Shown: positions 17,303 to 28,068, numbered from the stretch's first letter. The stretch is 64,000 nucleotides of DNA from an uncultured Bdellovibrionales bacterium (GCA_964612055.1 CAZTBI010000001.1:228824-292823), one strand, 5' to 3'. A program made the numbers and translations. Notes: generated by a model from the sequence alone, not told the origin.

Positions 17303-19231
17303 TTATTTTTTCTCTTCGCTAGGCTTCTCCTCGCCAGCAGGCTCGGTTTCGGCGTCCCTTGGAGCTTCCGTAGAGCCTTCCTTCTTCTCGCCATCTTCTG
17401 CCTGGCTCGGCGAAGCTTTAGCGGAGTCGGCAGCGGCTTGGTACAGTTTTTGTCCGATTTTTTGCGCCTCTTGAGACAAAACCTCGGTAGCTTTCTTGAT
17501 GGCTTCTAGATCATCGCCATTCTTTACCTTGTTCAATTCCGTGATGGCGTCTTCGACTGGTTTCTTCTCATCAGCCGTGACCTTGTCACCCGCATCCTTG
17601 AGTGCCTTTTCTGTCGTGTAGGACAGAGTATCAGCCATATTACGAGCTTCGATCAATTCTTTCTTTTTCTTGTCTTCATCAGCATGCATCTCAGCATCCT
17701 TCTTCATACGCTCGATCTCCTCTTTGGAAAGTCCAGTTGAAGACTCGATACGAATGTTCTGACTCTTGCCGGTCGCCTTGTCCTTGGCGGTTACCGAGAG
17801 AATACCAGAAGCATCAATGTCGAATGTGACTTCGATCTGTGGCACCCCGCGTGGAGCAGGCATGATGCCATCGAGGATGAACTGACCGAGAGATTTGTTG
17901 TCAGAGGCCATCTCACGCTCACCCTGGAGCACATGAATCTGCACGCTCGGCTGATTGTCAGACGCGGTCGAGAAGACCTGTGAGCGGCTAACTGGGATAG
18001 TCGTGTTGCGATCAATAAGCGGTGTCCGGACTCCTCCCATGGTTTCGATACCAAAGGTAAGCGGCGTGACATCAAGCAAGAGCACATCTTTCACCGAACC
18101 TTCGAGCACACCACCCTGGATAGCAGCACCGAGAGCCACTACTTCATCTGGGTTCACCGTGATGTTTGCCTTCTTGCCGAAGAATTTCTCAACAGAAGAA
18201 AGGACAAGTGGCATACGGGTCATACCACCGACCAACACCACTTCGTTGATATCAGAGACAGAGAGCTTGGCATCAGCAAGTGCTTTCTTGACTGGTTCAA
18301 ACGATGCCTCAACCAAGTCACCGACTAATTCTTCCAGCTTGGCACGGCTCATCTTGATCAGAAGGTGCTTCGGACCATCGCTACCGGCAGTGATAAACGG
18401 CTGATTGATTTCTGTTTCTTGAGCGGTCGAGAGTTCAATCTTGGCTTTTTCAGCAGCTTCCTTGATACGCTGGAGCGCCAATGGATCTTTCGAGAGATCG
18501 AGTCCTTCTTGCTTCTTGAATTCATCGAGAATCCAGTGAATAATCCGCTGATCGAAGTCATCACCACCTAAGTGGGTATCACCGTTGGTCGAACGGACTT
18601 CTACGGTGTCTTCGGAAACTTCGAGGATAGAGATATCAAAGGTTCCACCACCTAAGTCATAGACAGCGATCTTCTCATCTTTCTTTTTGTTGAAACCATA
18701 GGCGAGCGCTGCTGCTGTTGGTTCGTTGATGATACGACGGACATTGAAGCCTGCGATTTCTCCAGCTTCTTTGGTCGCTTTGCGTTGCGAATCATCGAAG
18801 TAGGCCGGTACGGTGATGACCGCGTCGGTGATCTTTTCTCCGAGCTTTTCCTCAGCATCCGCTTTCAGTTTGGCGAGGATCATACCACTAATTTCCTGTG
18901 GTGTGTATTCTTTGCCACCCATGACGATCTTCACCCCTTCACCGGCCTGAATAACCTTGTACGGCAAGGTCTTCATGTCGCGGCTCACTTCTTCATCGTT
19001 GAAATGTCGTCCGATGAGACGCTTCACGGAGAACAGCGTGTTCTCTGGATTGGTGACCGATTGGCGCTTGGCAAGCAAACCTACCAGACGCTCATTAGTC
19101 TTGCTCATCGCTACCATCGACGGCGTGGTGCGATTCCCCTCCTTGTTTTCGATAATGCTAGGAGTCCCTCCTTCGACAAATGCCATCGCCGAGTTGGTGG
19201 TCCCGAGATCGATACCTAATATCTTGGCCAT
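17303..19231 (-). CDS. dnaK: Chaperone DnaK
   Basis: [32 protein letters not shown]. Confidence 0.98.
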   Translation of the reverse strand: MAKILGIDLGTTNSAMAFVEGGTPSIIENKEGNRTTPSMVAMSKTNERLVGLLAKRQSVTNPENTLFSVKRLIGRHFNDEEVSRDMKTLPYKVIQAGEGVKIVMGGKEYTPQEISGMILAKLKADAEEKLGEKITDAVITVPAYFDDSQRKATKEAGEIAGFNVRRIINEPTAAALAYGFNKKKDEKIAVYDLGGGTFDISILEVSEDTVEVRSTNGDTHLGGDDFDQRIIHWILDEFKKQEGLDLSKDPLALQRIKEAAEKAKIELSTAQETEINQPFITAGSDGPKHLLIKMSRAKLEELVGDLVEASFEPVKKALADAKLSVSDINEVVLVGGMTRMPLVLSSVEKFFGKKANITVNPDEVVALGAAIQGGVLEGSVKDVLLLDVTPLTFGIETMGGVRTPLIDRNTTIPVSRSQVFSTASDNQPSVQIHVLQGEREMASDNKSLGQFILDGIMPAPRGVPQIEVTFDIDASGILSVTAKDKATGKSQNIRIESSTGLSKEEIERMKKDAEMHADEDKKKKELIEARNMADTLSYTTEKALKDAGDKVTADEKKPVEDAITELNKVKNGDDLEAIKKATEVLSQEAQKIGQKLYQAAADSAKASPSQAEDGEKKEGSTEAPRDAETEPAGEEKPSEEKK

Positions 19232-19271
19232 ATGTTTGTAGTTACTACTTATATTCTTTATTATCTGAAAG

Positions 19272-20177
19272 TTATTTTACTGATACTTTTGCTGGGCGGA
19301 TCACTTTGCCTCCAAGTCGGAAACCATTTTGGAGTACTTTCGCTATCACATGCTTTTCTGCTTCTTTCTTCCCTTGCCCGTCCGTAGCCTCGGCAGAGGA
19401 GGGTTCGTTTTCTTGACTGACGGCTTCATGAATAGTCGGATCAAATGCGTCCCCTTCTTTTGCTTCTATCACTTCGACACCGTTCTGCTTTACTACGTCT
19501 TCCAACTGTTTCTCGATGTACTGGATACCAACGACCCAAGGGCTCTCTTTCTGTTCCGGTGGGACATGCATGGTCGCGGCACGGAAGTTATCGAGAACTG
19601 GGATGATATCGAGAACCAATTTTTCTATCAGATAGCCGCCAAGTTCTTTCTGTGATTCCTGCTGACGCTTTTTGTAGTTTTCAAAGTCCGCCTGTATTCG
19701 CTTGAGATCTGTCAGATATTCTTCCTTCTGTATATGAGTTGTAGCAGAACGGATAAACTCCTTTAGCCATGATTTATACTCTTTTCCGGATTCTATCTCC
19801 TCGACCGTCTTCCAATCGTATTCAGAATGTTCATCACTGATATTGATTTCTCCACCTTTGAAAATAGTGAGGTAGGCGAATACCGCTCGGTATGGGTCGT
19901 TGTTTCGGTCTGAATCAAGTTTCATGTGACATCCAGCAACCGCACCCTTGAGGTCAAATTCTATCTCTTCTCCTAATTCTTCTTTAATTTCACGAAACAG
20001 AGCCGCTTCCACATTTTCTCCTGTATCTACTCGACCCCCGGGAAGCTCCCATGGGCCATACTTCTGATGATACTCTGAATCCTCAAACGCATCCTTCACC
20101 AAAAGAAACTTCTTATCGCTTGGTCGGTACAGAATTATTTTCTGACTGAGTTGGAAATGTTCGTAATTTTTGTTCAT
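19272..20177 (-). CDS. grpE: NUDIX hydrolase-GrpE fusion
   Basis: Nudix box [23 protein letters not shown], then [10 protein letters not shown]...FDPTIHEA...VIRPAKVSV. Confidence 0.9.
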   Translation of the reverse strand: MNKNYEHFQLSQKIILYRPSDKKFLLVKDAFEDSEYHQKYGPWELPGGRVDTGENVEAALFREIKEELGEEIEFDLKGAVAGCHMKLDSDRNNDPYRAVFAYLTIFKGGEINISDEHSEYDWKTVEEIESGKEYKSWLKEFIRSATTHIQKEEYLTDLKRIQADFENYKKRQQESQKELGGYLIEKLVLDIIPVLDNFRAATMHVPPEQKESPWVVGIQYIEKQLEDVVKQNGVEVIEAKEGDAFDPTIHEAVSQENEPSSAEATDGQGKKEAEKHVIAKVLQNGFRLGGKVIRPAKVSVK

Positions 20178-20181
20178 ATTT

Positions 20182-20937
20182 TTATCCGATGAAATATACG
20201 GCGTTACTGGTTACTAAAATTATTACGAGTGAGGAGCCGAGCATCTTGCGCATGTATTCAATGAGGGATTTGTTCTTGGCGTAGTCCATGCGCTTGGGAC
20301 CGATGATAGCGAGCATGCCGCGTCCTTCGTCTGTCTGATAGGGAGCCACAATCATGGAACAGTTATTGATACCACTGATAGGGTTTTCATTACCGATAAA
20401 AATACGTGTTTCACCATCTTTCAATTTCAGCATGATACCGTCTACTTTTTCATCGAGCGAATCCAGTGTTTCTACCAACTGACAGAGCTCATCCATTTCT
20501 TGAAATTCTGGATTGTCGATCAGTTCCCGAATTCCGAAATCGTAGTATTCATCTTTATCAACGATACCTGAGACGGCGAGGTTACCAGAGAGGGATGAGA
20601 GGAGCTTGGCGGTACTGCGACCCAGGCGCATGTGCTTGGCTTTCAGAGTCAGGAGTTCTTTTTGCAAACGACGTTGATCTTCGCGTGACAGATCCTGATC
20701 CCCCATCATCTCCTCAACGTAGATCCGATACCCTTGGTCAGTCGGGATACGTCCGGCAGAGACGTGCGGTTGATACAGATACCCCTCTTCTTCCAAGGCT
20801 GCCATGTCGTTTCGCAACGTTGCCGAGCTTACTCCGAAATCATAATGTTCAAGCAGTGCCTGTGAACCAACTGGGATCGCTGTCTTGGTGTACAGTTCGA
20901 CGATCGCAGAAAGAAGTTGTTTTTGACGATCATTCAT
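20182..20937 (-). CDS. hrcA: Heat-inducible repressor HrcA (short form)
   Basis: PVGS, SSATLRNDMAALEEEGYLYQPHVSAGRIPT, IGPKRMDY. Confidence 0.94.
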   Translation of the reverse strand: MNDRQKQLLSAIVELYTKTAIPVGSQALLEHYDFGVSSATLRNDMAALEEEGYLYQPHVSAGRIPTDQGYRIYVEEMMGDQDLSREDQRRLQKELLTLKAKHMRLGRSTAKLLSSLSGNLAVSGIVDKDEYYDFGIRELIDNPEFQEMDELCQLVETLDSLDEKVDGIMLKLKDGETRIFIGNENPISGINNCSMIVAPYQTDEGRGMLAIIGPKRMDYAKNKSLIEYMRKMLGSSLVIILVTSNAVYFIG

Positions 20938-20958
20938 AAAGTTTTCTATTACAACTTC

Positions 20959-20999
20959 ATTATATAAAGTGATTAGCACTCTGTCAAGTAGAGTGCTAA
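20959..20999 (-). promoter_or_regulatory. CIRCE element overlapping a consensus sigma70 promoter
   Basis: TTAGCACTC-N9-GAGTGCTAA at 20973-20999; TTGACA (20982-20987)-17-TATAAT (20959-20964). Confidence 0.96.
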
Positions 21000-21064
21000 T
21001 TAGGAAGCATCTGGCATTTTTAGGTATGAAAAAAGCCCGGAGGATAGCGATCCTTTCGAGCTTG

Positions 21065-21250
21065 TCAGCGATTCATCAAAGACGGCTTCTTGCTATCCAC
21101 GCTGTTGTGGGCATAGCAAGGAACGCGCGCCGGGCAAGTCTCACAGAACATACTGCCGACGTGTTGCTTGGCATCTTCGATTGGTATCCGCATACCGACG
21201 CCATTTCGTTTGGCAAGACACATCACGGTTGGAACAAGAGGCACTTCCAT
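21065..21250 (-). CDS. Small Cys4 protein (C...CETCPARVPC)
   Basis: 61-aa ORF, last of a four-gene orphan operon. Confidence 0.6.
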   Translation of the reverse strand: MEVPLVPTVMCLAKRNGVGMRIPIEDAKQHVGSMFCETCPARVPCYAHNSVDSKKPSLMNR

Positions 21251-21257
21251 TGTTTCC

Positions 21258-21428
21258 TCATTTCTTGTTGCGCATCCGGTGTGGAACCTTACGGCGGTTG
21301 TTTTTCTTCCGCCGCGACGTCGGGTTGTTGGAATGACTCGATCCCCTTCGACTCAAGGCCGGTTCAGCAGAAGCAGCCAACGCCATTGCCCAGAGCAATA
21401 CAGGGAGCACGAGGTAATCTTTCAGCAT
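21258..21428 (-). CDS. Small secreted basic peptide (56 aa)
   Basis: Manual: AGGAG SD, MLKDYLVLPVLLWAMALAASA-EPAL...RRKKNNRRKVPHRMRNKK. Confidence 0.55.
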   Translation of the reverse strand: MLKDYLVLPVLLWAMALAASAEPALSRRGSSHSNNPTSRRKKNNRRKVPHRMRNKK

Positions 21429-21439
21429 TTCAGTGTCTC

Positions 21440-21619
21440 CTATTTCTCAGTCGAGGGAGGCTGGTTGCATGATTGCCTCACAGGACAATGTTCACACACC
21501 CAACCACCATTGTTGTACTTTCGGGCTTTTCGCAGCTTGATGTGTTCTCCGCGTCCCCTGTTGGCAACTTGGCAGTAGACCAGAGTTCTACCGCCAGCCC
21601 TGATGACAATAGTCTTCAT
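21440..21619 (-). CDS. Small Cys4 protein (C...CEHCPVRQSC), 59 aa
   Basis: Manual: AAGGAG SD; motif shared with 21065-21250. Confidence 0.6.
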   Translation of the reverse strand: MKTIVIRAGGRTLVYCQVANRGRGEHIKLRKARKYNNGGWVCEHCPVRQSCNQPPSTEK

Positions 21620-21656
21620 GATCTACTCCTTCTCAATCAAAAAAATGAAGCACTCC

Positions 21657-22046
21657 TCAGGAGAGGCCGAACTTGGCGAGGAAGGCAGCTTCTTCCGCCC
21701 GAGACCTCTCCTTTGCTAGCTCGTCCAGAGCCATTGAACATTCAACCCCGCATACGCCCGACCAGAGACGCTTGACTGGATCGTTCGGCTTTTTGCCGTC
21801 ATCACGATACCCCCACGGGAGTTGAAACGTCTTCTTGCAGCCTGTAACAGGCTGAGCAAGGCAGGTAAGAACCGGCAGATGATCATGTTCCGTACCACGA
21901 GCCTCCGTCGGCCGTTTATAGACGATGGTTTTTTCGGGACGCCTCTCTCTTTGCTCATCCTCATCACTGTCTACGAGATGCGGCAGGGCTCCACCGCGCA
22001 GCCTCTTGAAATCGTCCAGCGACGTCAATTTCGCAGGTCTGGCCAT
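21657..22046 (-). CDS. Hypothetical Cys-containing protein
   Basis: AAGGGG SD, boxA-like motif upstream. Confidence 0.6.
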   Translation of the reverse strand: MARPAKLTSLDDFKRLRGGALPHLVDSDEDEQRERRPEKTIVYKRPTEARGTEHDHLPVLTCLAQPVTGCKKTFQLPWGYRDDGKKPNDPVKRLWSGVCGVECSMALDELAKERSRAEEAAFLAKFGLS

Positions 22047-22074
22047 TGCTTTCCCCTTGGTTCGTTGTTAAAGA

Positions 22075-22311
22075 TCACGACAATGGGTCGTACCCACCGT
22101 CGTTCCATGGATGGCAGCGAAGGACACGTTTGCATCCTATCCAGCTTCCTCGGAAAACTCCATAGCGTTCGATCGCCTGATAGGAGTACTCTGAGCACGT
22201 CGGATAGAATCGGCAGAAGCGCTCGCCGAAAATCTTACCTATGATCCCATGGTCAAAGGACAGGGTTTTTTGATAGAGACGAATAAGCCCAAGTACGATG
22301 CTCTTCCACAT
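22075..22311 (-). CDS. yidD: Membrane protein insertion efficiency factor YidD
   Basis: [10 protein letters not shown]...[12 protein letters not shown]. Confidence 0.93.
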   Translation of the reverse strand: MWKSIVLGLIRLYQKTLSFDHGIIGKIFGERFCRFYPTCSEYSYQAIERYGVFRGSWIGCKRVLRCHPWNDGGYDPLS

Positions 22312-22399
22312 ATCGTCATTCTCCATCTTTCAGGCGAAAAGTCAACTCTAAGAAGAATTTTATGATATAATTCAGAGGAAATAAAAACCGAAAGAAAAA

Positions 22400-23308
22400 A
22401 TGAAAACCATCGAGCACAAACACCTCACATGGATTGATTTTGAGAATCCAGCGCCGGACGATATCACCTATCTCCAGGAGAACTTCAATATCCATCCGCT
22501 GGCCATTGAAGAACTGGTCACGCCAACGTACCAACCAAAAGTCGTTCAGTACGATGGCTGTTTGTTTTTTTCCGTCCACATTCCGCTTTTTGATACCAAA
22601 CTGCGCACTACCTATCCGGGTGAACTCGACATCATTCTGACCAACCACCACCTGATCACCAGTCACAAGCAAGGCATCTATCAATTGACCAACTTTTTTG
22701 AGTCACTCGAAAAGAGCGAAGGAAAACGCCGTCTCTTTCTCGAGAACTCCCCTGCCAAGCTCCTGCACCAATTGCTCGAAATTCTGCTCAATTCTTGCTT
22801 TCCTCGACTCGATCATATTAGTAAGAAGCTCGACTTTATCGAAGCCGAAGTGTTCGCTGGCAAAGAAAAGGAAATGGTGTTTGAAATATCCGTTCTCAAA
22901 CGTGATGTGCTCAATTTCCGCCGAACGCTCAAGCCGCAACGCGCCATCATCGAATCCCTCGTTCAAAAAGATCATCCGTTCATCCCGGATGACATGAAGG
23001 TATATTTCAGTGACCTGGTCGGTACCAACATCCGTCTCTGGAACATGCTCGAGAGTCAAAAAGAAACCATCGAAGCCTTGGAAGATACCAACAACTCTCT
23101 CCTCTCGAACAAACTCGACCAGACCATGAAAGTGCTCACTATCTTCTCGGCCATCCTCCTCCCCCTGACTGCCTACTCCAACATGATGGCCATGAATGCT
23201 GCCGTACCCTTTCTCGGGAACCACTACGGCTTTTGGATCCATCTCGGCATCATGGCCGTGATTTCTGTCATGACCTTTGGTATCTTCAAATTCAAAAAGT
23301 GGCTGTAA
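22400..23308 (+). CDS. corA: CorA-family Mg2+/divalent cation transporter
   Basis: IHPLAIEE, MKVLTIFSAILLPLT; the GMN motif reads AMN; two C-terminal TMs. Confidence 0.88.
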   Translation: MKTIEHKHLTWIDFENPAPDDITYLQENFNIHPLAIEELVTPTYQPKVVQYDGCLFFSVHIPLFDTKLRTTYPGELDIILTNHHLITSHKQGIYQLTNFFESLEKSEGKRRLFLENSPAKLLHQLLEILLNSCFPRLDHISKKLDFIEAEVFAGKEKEMVFEISVLKRDVLNFRRTLKPQRAIIESLVQKDHPFIPDDMKVYFSDLVGTNIRLWNMLESQKETIEALEDTNNSLLSNKLDQTMKVLTIFSAILLPLTAYSNMMAMNAAVPFLGNHYGFWIHLGIMAVISVMTFGIFKFKKWL

Positions 23309-23340
23309 AAAAAGACACGTCGTTGACGTGTCACATTGCT

Positions 23341-23961
23341 TCACTGAAGCACAATCGAAGAGCCACCCCCTTCTTCGCCCTCTTCCATTTCTTCAGAATC
23401 ATCAAGATAGAACTTCAAGGTGCCTGAGAGCTTCGGGGAAAGTTCGACCTTATAGAAATCAGCCATCCCCGCGATTTGAAAAGCGATTTCTTGACCTATC
23501 TCCGTTCCGGCCTCGACAGCTTCCTCCAAGGCCTCTACACTGCCCATCACAAACTCGATAAGGGTCTCTCGATCGATTTTGAGACGTGTCCATTCCGCGA
23601 GATCGGACCTACGGAAACGAAGTATGAGATCTGGGTAGTTCCTTAGATCGCGGACAAGTGTCACAAACTCGAAATACTCAGCGAAGCATTCTTGGCTTTT
23701 CTGGTCATTTTCTGCCTCCGCCGCTTCGTACACCATTTGCTGCATCTGTGCCGCATACGCTACCTGATCGAACGCTTCCCCGCCCCTTCGGAACTTCTTC
23801 AGCCGTTCAAAATTCTTCTCAATCAAAGCGGTCAATTCTATGGCAGAAGGAAGCCCCTCAACCACCTCTTCCCCCTCTTCCATTCTTTCCAAGATTCCAT
23901 AGCAGGAAACTATTTCCTTGAAAACAGTCACCATGGTTTCCAAGGTTTTCCACGCATCCAT
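23341..23961 (-). CDS. Hypothetical protein, paralog of 24099-24722
   Basis: AAGGAG SD; YPDL..FRRSDLAEWTRLKIDRETL. Confidence 0.75.
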   Translation of the reverse strand: MDAWKTLETMVTVFKEIVSCYGILERMEEGEEVVEGLPSAIELTALIEKNFERLKKFRRGGEAFDQVAYAAQMQQMVYEAAEAENDQKSQECFAEYFEFVTLVRDLRNYPDLILRFRRSDLAEWTRLKIDRETLIEFVMGSVEALEEAVEAGTEIGQEIAFQIAGMADFYKVELSPKLSGTLKFYLDDSEEMEEGEEGGGSSIVLQ

Positions 23962-24098
23962 GTCCGTCTCCTTTCGGAAGGTGAGTTGTGAATGTTCTGA
24001 TTGACCAGAGTATAGTGAGTACGCTTCGCTTTGTCAAAGTTCCAACAAATGAAAAAGGACTGGCACGTTGGCACAGTCCTTGCGTCTGATATGAAAGT

Positions 24099-24722
24099 TC
24101 ACGAAGTGATTTCCCGAAGCCCCTCTCGTGAGCGGAGCCAAATCGGCGAACACCCTTGATCGTGAGCGGTACTCATGTACCAGTCAACCAACCGACGCAG
24201 CCCGCTCGAAAGGTTGATACCGAAGAGATCGGCCGTCAGAGTGATGAGTTCGGCATTCACGTGAGCGTCCTCCGGGTCAGTCGTCGTCGTTTCGTAGAGC
24301 TCAGCCGCTGTTGCATTCAAACTTCCAATCAACGTCTCAGCAAACGGGTAGAGAGTCTCTCTGTCCACCGTCAGCGTCGCCCACTCATGCAGACCAACAG
24401 AACGGAAGAGGGCCACCAAATACGGGTAATGCTCGAGCATGAACACTTGGCACTGAAACCGGCAGTACTCAGTGAAAATCTGCGTCATGTCGTCAGCGCT
24501 TTCAGCCTCAGCCAGTAGCTGATGAACCTTCTTTGAATACTCTTTCATCCTGAAGACCCCAGTCCGCCCACGAAGCTGAGTCATGGCTTCCAAACGCCGA
24601 GAGATCCTGTGTTCAAGCTCGGTCATGGTGTAGCCAACGTTTCGGCCATTGGCCTGAAGTCGCCGGTAATGCTCAAGGTGAACGATTTGACTGAAAATAC
24701 TCGGAAGCAGATTCATTTCCAT
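24099..24722 (-). CDS. Hypothetical protein, paralog of 23341-23961
   Basis: AAGGGAG SD; YPYL..FRSVGLHEWATLTVDRETL. Confidence 0.75.
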   Translation of the reverse strand: MEMNLLPSIFSQIVHLEHYRRLQANGRNVGYTMTELEHRISRRLEAMTQLRGRTGVFRMKEYSKKVHQLLAEAESADDMTQIFTEYCRFQCQVFMLEHYPYLVALFRSVGLHEWATLTVDRETLYPFAETLIGSLNATAAELYETTTTDPEDAHVNAELITLTADLFGINLSSGLRRLVDWYMSTAHDQGCSPIWLRSREGLREITS

Positions 24723-24833
24723 TTTGTTCTCCCTTCTGGAAATAGGTTGTTAACGTCCCAATCGGAATTGCGCTCAGTATAGTAACAGCTTCTCCCTTTG
24801 TCAAAAACGGCTGAAAAGCGCTATACTGGAGCA

Positions 24834-26246
24834 ATGATTCTCTACAATACTCTCTCCAAAAAGAAGGAAGAATTTGTCCCGCTCCATACTGGAAAAGTGG
24901 GGATGTATGTCTGTGGCCCGACGGTCTATGACTATATCCACGTGGGAAATATTCGTTCCTACGTTTTTGCTGATACTCTGCGTCGTGTCTTGGAAGATAT
25001 CGGCTACGAAGTGCGCCTGATCAAAAACATCACTGATGTCGGCCATCTGACGGCCGATGATATCGCCCAGGGTGACAGTGGCGAAGACAAGATCGCCAAG
25101 AAAGCTGCTAAAGAACACAAAACTCCGGAAGAAATTGCGAGTTTCTACGAAGAATACGCGCTCTCTACCGAAAAGAAAATGAATATCGAGCCGGCCCACT
25201 ATTTCCCACGTGCCACAGCACATGTGAAACAGATGATTCGCCTGATTGAGGAACTGATCATCAAAGGTCACGCGTACGAAAAGAATGGCAATGTTTTCTT
25301 GGATGTCACTACCTTTCCTGAATATGGGAAACTCTCGGGCAACAGCCTCGCTAATCTGGAAGTCGGCGCGCGTCTCGAAGAACACCCTGACAAGAAAAAT
25401 CCTTGGGACTTTGCTCTGTGGCTCAAAGCACCAGAAAAACACCTGATGCACTGGTCATCACCATGGAGCGAAGGCTATCCTGGCTGGCACATCGAATGTA
25501 GCGCCATGGCCATGGAGTACCTGGGTGACACCCTGGATATCCATACGGGTGGTGAAGACAATATTTTCCCTCATCATGAAGCAGAAATTGTGCAGTCCGA
25601 AGGAGTGACCGGCAAACCTTTTGTCCGCTATTTCGTCCATGCCAGGCACATGCTCATCGATGGTGCCAAGATGTCGAAGTCCAAAGGTAATTTCTATGTC
25701 TTGGAAGATTTGATCGAGAAAGGCTACACCCCGATGGACTTCCGCATGCTTTTGAATAGCGCTCATTATCGGAGCCAAATGAATTTCACCTGGGAATCAC
25801 TGGAGCAAGCCAAGAAAAACAAAGAGGCTTTATTCGCGACTGTTGATCGTTTGAATAGCTTATCAAAAGAAGAGACCAGTCCCGAAGGTTTCGATGGGGC
25901 TGATATGCTGCACGAAATTCGCAATGCTGTGCAAGATGATTTGAATACTCCCCAGGCACTCGCTCTCACCCTGGAACTGGCAAAGAAAATAAATACGCTG
26001 CTTGATAAGAAAGAAGTGGTGAATACCACGGTGCTCGGACTGGTATTTGAAAAGATATTTTTCTTCTTTGGGCTGGTTGCTGAAAATCAAACTGTCCCCG
26101 AAGAAGTTGAAGCATTGGCTAAAGCTCGAGATCTCGCACGAGAAAATAAAGATTTTGCGGAATCCGATCGCCTGCGTGATGAAATTACCAACCATGGCTA
26201 CCGTGTCGAAGATACCGCTCGCGGCTATCGCTTGAAAAAGATATAA
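24834..26246 (+). CDS. cysS: Cysteine-tRNA ligase
   Basis: [28 protein letters not shown]. Confidence 0.97.
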   Translation: MILYNTLSKKKEEFVPLHTGKVGMYVCGPTVYDYIHVGNIRSYVFADTLRRVLEDIGYEVRLIKNITDVGHLTADDIAQGDSGEDKIAKKAAKEHKTPEEIASFYEEYALSTEKKMNIEPAHYFPRATAHVKQMIRLIEELIIKGHAYEKNGNVFLDVTTFPEYGKLSGNSLANLEVGARLEEHPDKKNPWDFALWLKAPEKHLMHWSSPWSEGYPGWHIECSAMAMEYLGDTLDIHTGGEDNIFPHHEAEIVQSEGVTGKPFVRYFVHARHMLIDGAKMSKSKGNFYVLEDLIEKGYTPMDFRMLLNSAHYRSQMNFTWESLEQAKKNKEALFATVDRLNSLSKEETSPEGFDGADMLHEIRNAVQDDLNTPQALALTLELAKKINTLLDKKEVVNTTVLGLVFEKIFFFFGLVAENQTVPEEVEALAKARDLARENKDFAESDRLRDEITNHGYRVEDTARGYRLKKI

Positions 26247-26308
26247 GTGTCCTGAAAAATGTTGAGGGCCGGAAGTCGCGTAGACTCCCGGCCCCTGTTG
26301 TTGGTCCG

Positions 26309-26491
26309 CTATTCGCTGATGATTTCCTCATTGAAACCCTCGGGGGCTCCGGAGTAATGGATCATGGCTTCAGCCATGGGCAGATTATGAACCGGTGGCG
26401 ACTCTTCACGTTGCCGTTTCAGCCCGGGAAACAGCCCGAGCAAGGCAACGAAAAAGGCAATGGCTCTTTGCTTCGAAATCTTCAGCTTCAT
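26309..26491 (-). CDS. Small orphan membrane peptide
   Basis: TTGACA-17-TATAAT promoter, GAGGAG SD. Confidence 0.55.
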   Translation of the reverse strand: MKLKISKQRAIAFFVALLGLFPGLKRQREESPPVHNLPMAEAMIHYSGAPEGFNEEIISE

Positions 26492-26675
26492 GCTGATTCT
26501 CCTCTTGGTATAGGGGTTTTTGATCTGCCCGTGAATTTCACGTACAGATTCTTATTATACTCCTTTTTAAGGGTTTTGTCAATGGTGCCTAAGAAGCTAT
26601 CCACATATCCCCCATTGCTGGCTCTCTTCCAAGGAGCACGCTATAATGCACTATATTCAAGTTTCACTCCCAGGT

Positions 26676-28028
26676 ATGGCAAGTAAGAACGATCACGTTC
26701 GCGTTCCCCCGCATAACCTCGAAGCCGAAGCCTCGGTGCTTGGTTCGCTGATGCTCGACAAGGACGCCATCATCAAGGTGGCTGATCTTTTGAAGGTGGG
26801 AGATTTTTATAAAGAAGATCACAATCTCATCTACGAAACAATGCTCGCCCTCTATGAAGAGCGTGAGCCAATTGATGTACTCTCACTTTCCAACAAACTG
26901 GAAGAAAAAGGGAAACTGGAACGAGTTGGCGGATCAAGCTACCTGGCATCGCTCGTCAACACCGTTCCTTCTGCAACGAACGTCGTCCACTACGCCAAAG
27001 TCGTTCAGAAAAAAACTCTCCTGAGACGCCTGATCAGTGCAGCGAGTGATATCGTCGAGATGGGTTATGACGAATCCGAAGATGTTCAAAAGCTCCTCGA
27101 TGAAGCCGAACAGAAAGTTTTTGCGGTATCACAAAAGTACATCAAGCAAGACTTCGTGCCCATCAAGTCTATTCTCGAAGTGGCTTTCAATCGTATCGAT
27201 GAACTCCACAAGAGTGATCATGCTTTCCGTGGTGTCCAAACCCACTACCCTGATCTCGACAATCTCTTGGCTGGACTGCAAAAATCTGACCTCCTCATCT
27301 TGGCGGCTCGACCATCGGTTGGAAAAACGACTTTCGCTCTTGATATCGCGCGTCAGGTCGGTGTCCACAGCAAAGTCCCCGTCGGTATCTTCTCCCTCGA
27401 AATGGGCGCCGACCAGCTGGTTGATCGTATGATTGCTGCTCAGGCGGGTGTCGACTTGTGGCGTCTGCGTACTGGCAAACTCTCGAGCGAAGGACCAGGC
27501 AATGACTTTGAAAAAATTTCTGATGCGATGGGAGTACTCTCTGAAGCGCCTATTTTCATTGATGATTCCGGATCACTCAACATCATGGAAATGCGTACCA
27601 TGGCACGACGCCTCCAAGCCGAGCACAACCTGGGCCTCATCATCGTCGACTATCTGCAGCTCATGGAAGGTCGGAGTTCCAAAGGCGATAACCGCGTGCA
27701 AGAAATTTCTGAAATTTCTCGTGGATTGAAGCAGCTAGCTCGTGAACTCAACATCCCGGTCATTGCTCTCTCGCAGCTGTCCCGTGCCGTCGAATCCCGC
27801 CCTGACCAAATACCGAAACTCTCTGACTTGCGTGAATCTGGATCTATCGAACAGGACGCTGACGTCGTTATGTTCCTCTACCGTGAAGACCGCGTGAAAC
27901 CAGATACTCCAAACAAGGGTATTGCCGATGTCATCGTGGCCAAGCACCGTAATGGTCCTGTCGGAAAGATCTCCCTCTACTTTGAAGAAAACTCGACCAC
28001 TTTCAAATCGCTCGAAAAAGCGCACTAG
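26676..28028 (+). CDS. dnaB: Replicative DNA helicase DnaB
   Basis: PPHNLEAEASVLG, AARPSVGKT, IVDYLQLM, DLRESGSIEQDAD; no intein. Confidence 0.98.
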   Translation: MASKNDHVRVPPHNLEAEASVLGSLMLDKDAIIKVADLLKVGDFYKEDHNLIYETMLALYEEREPIDVLSLSNKLEEKGKLERVGGSSYLASLVNTVPSATNVVHYAKVVQKKTLLRRLISAASDIVEMGYDESEDVQKLLDEAEQKVFAVSQKYIKQDFVPIKSILEVAFNRIDELHKSDHAFRGVQTHYPDLDNLLAGLQKSDLLILAARPSVGKTTFALDIARQVGVHSKVPVGIFSLEMGADQLVDRMIAAQAGVDLWRLRTGKLSSEGPGNDFEKISDAMGVLSEAPIFIDDSGSLNIMEMRTMARRLQAEHNLGLIIVDYLQLMEGRSSKGDNRVQEISEISRGLKQLARELNIPVIALSQLSRAVESRPDQIPKLSDLRESGSIEQDADVVMFLYREDRVKPDTPNKGIADVIVAKHRNGPVGKISLYFEENSTTFKSLEKAH

Positions 28029-28068
28029 ATACCAATAAACAATTAACAGTCGTTGCTTCTTGATTCCT

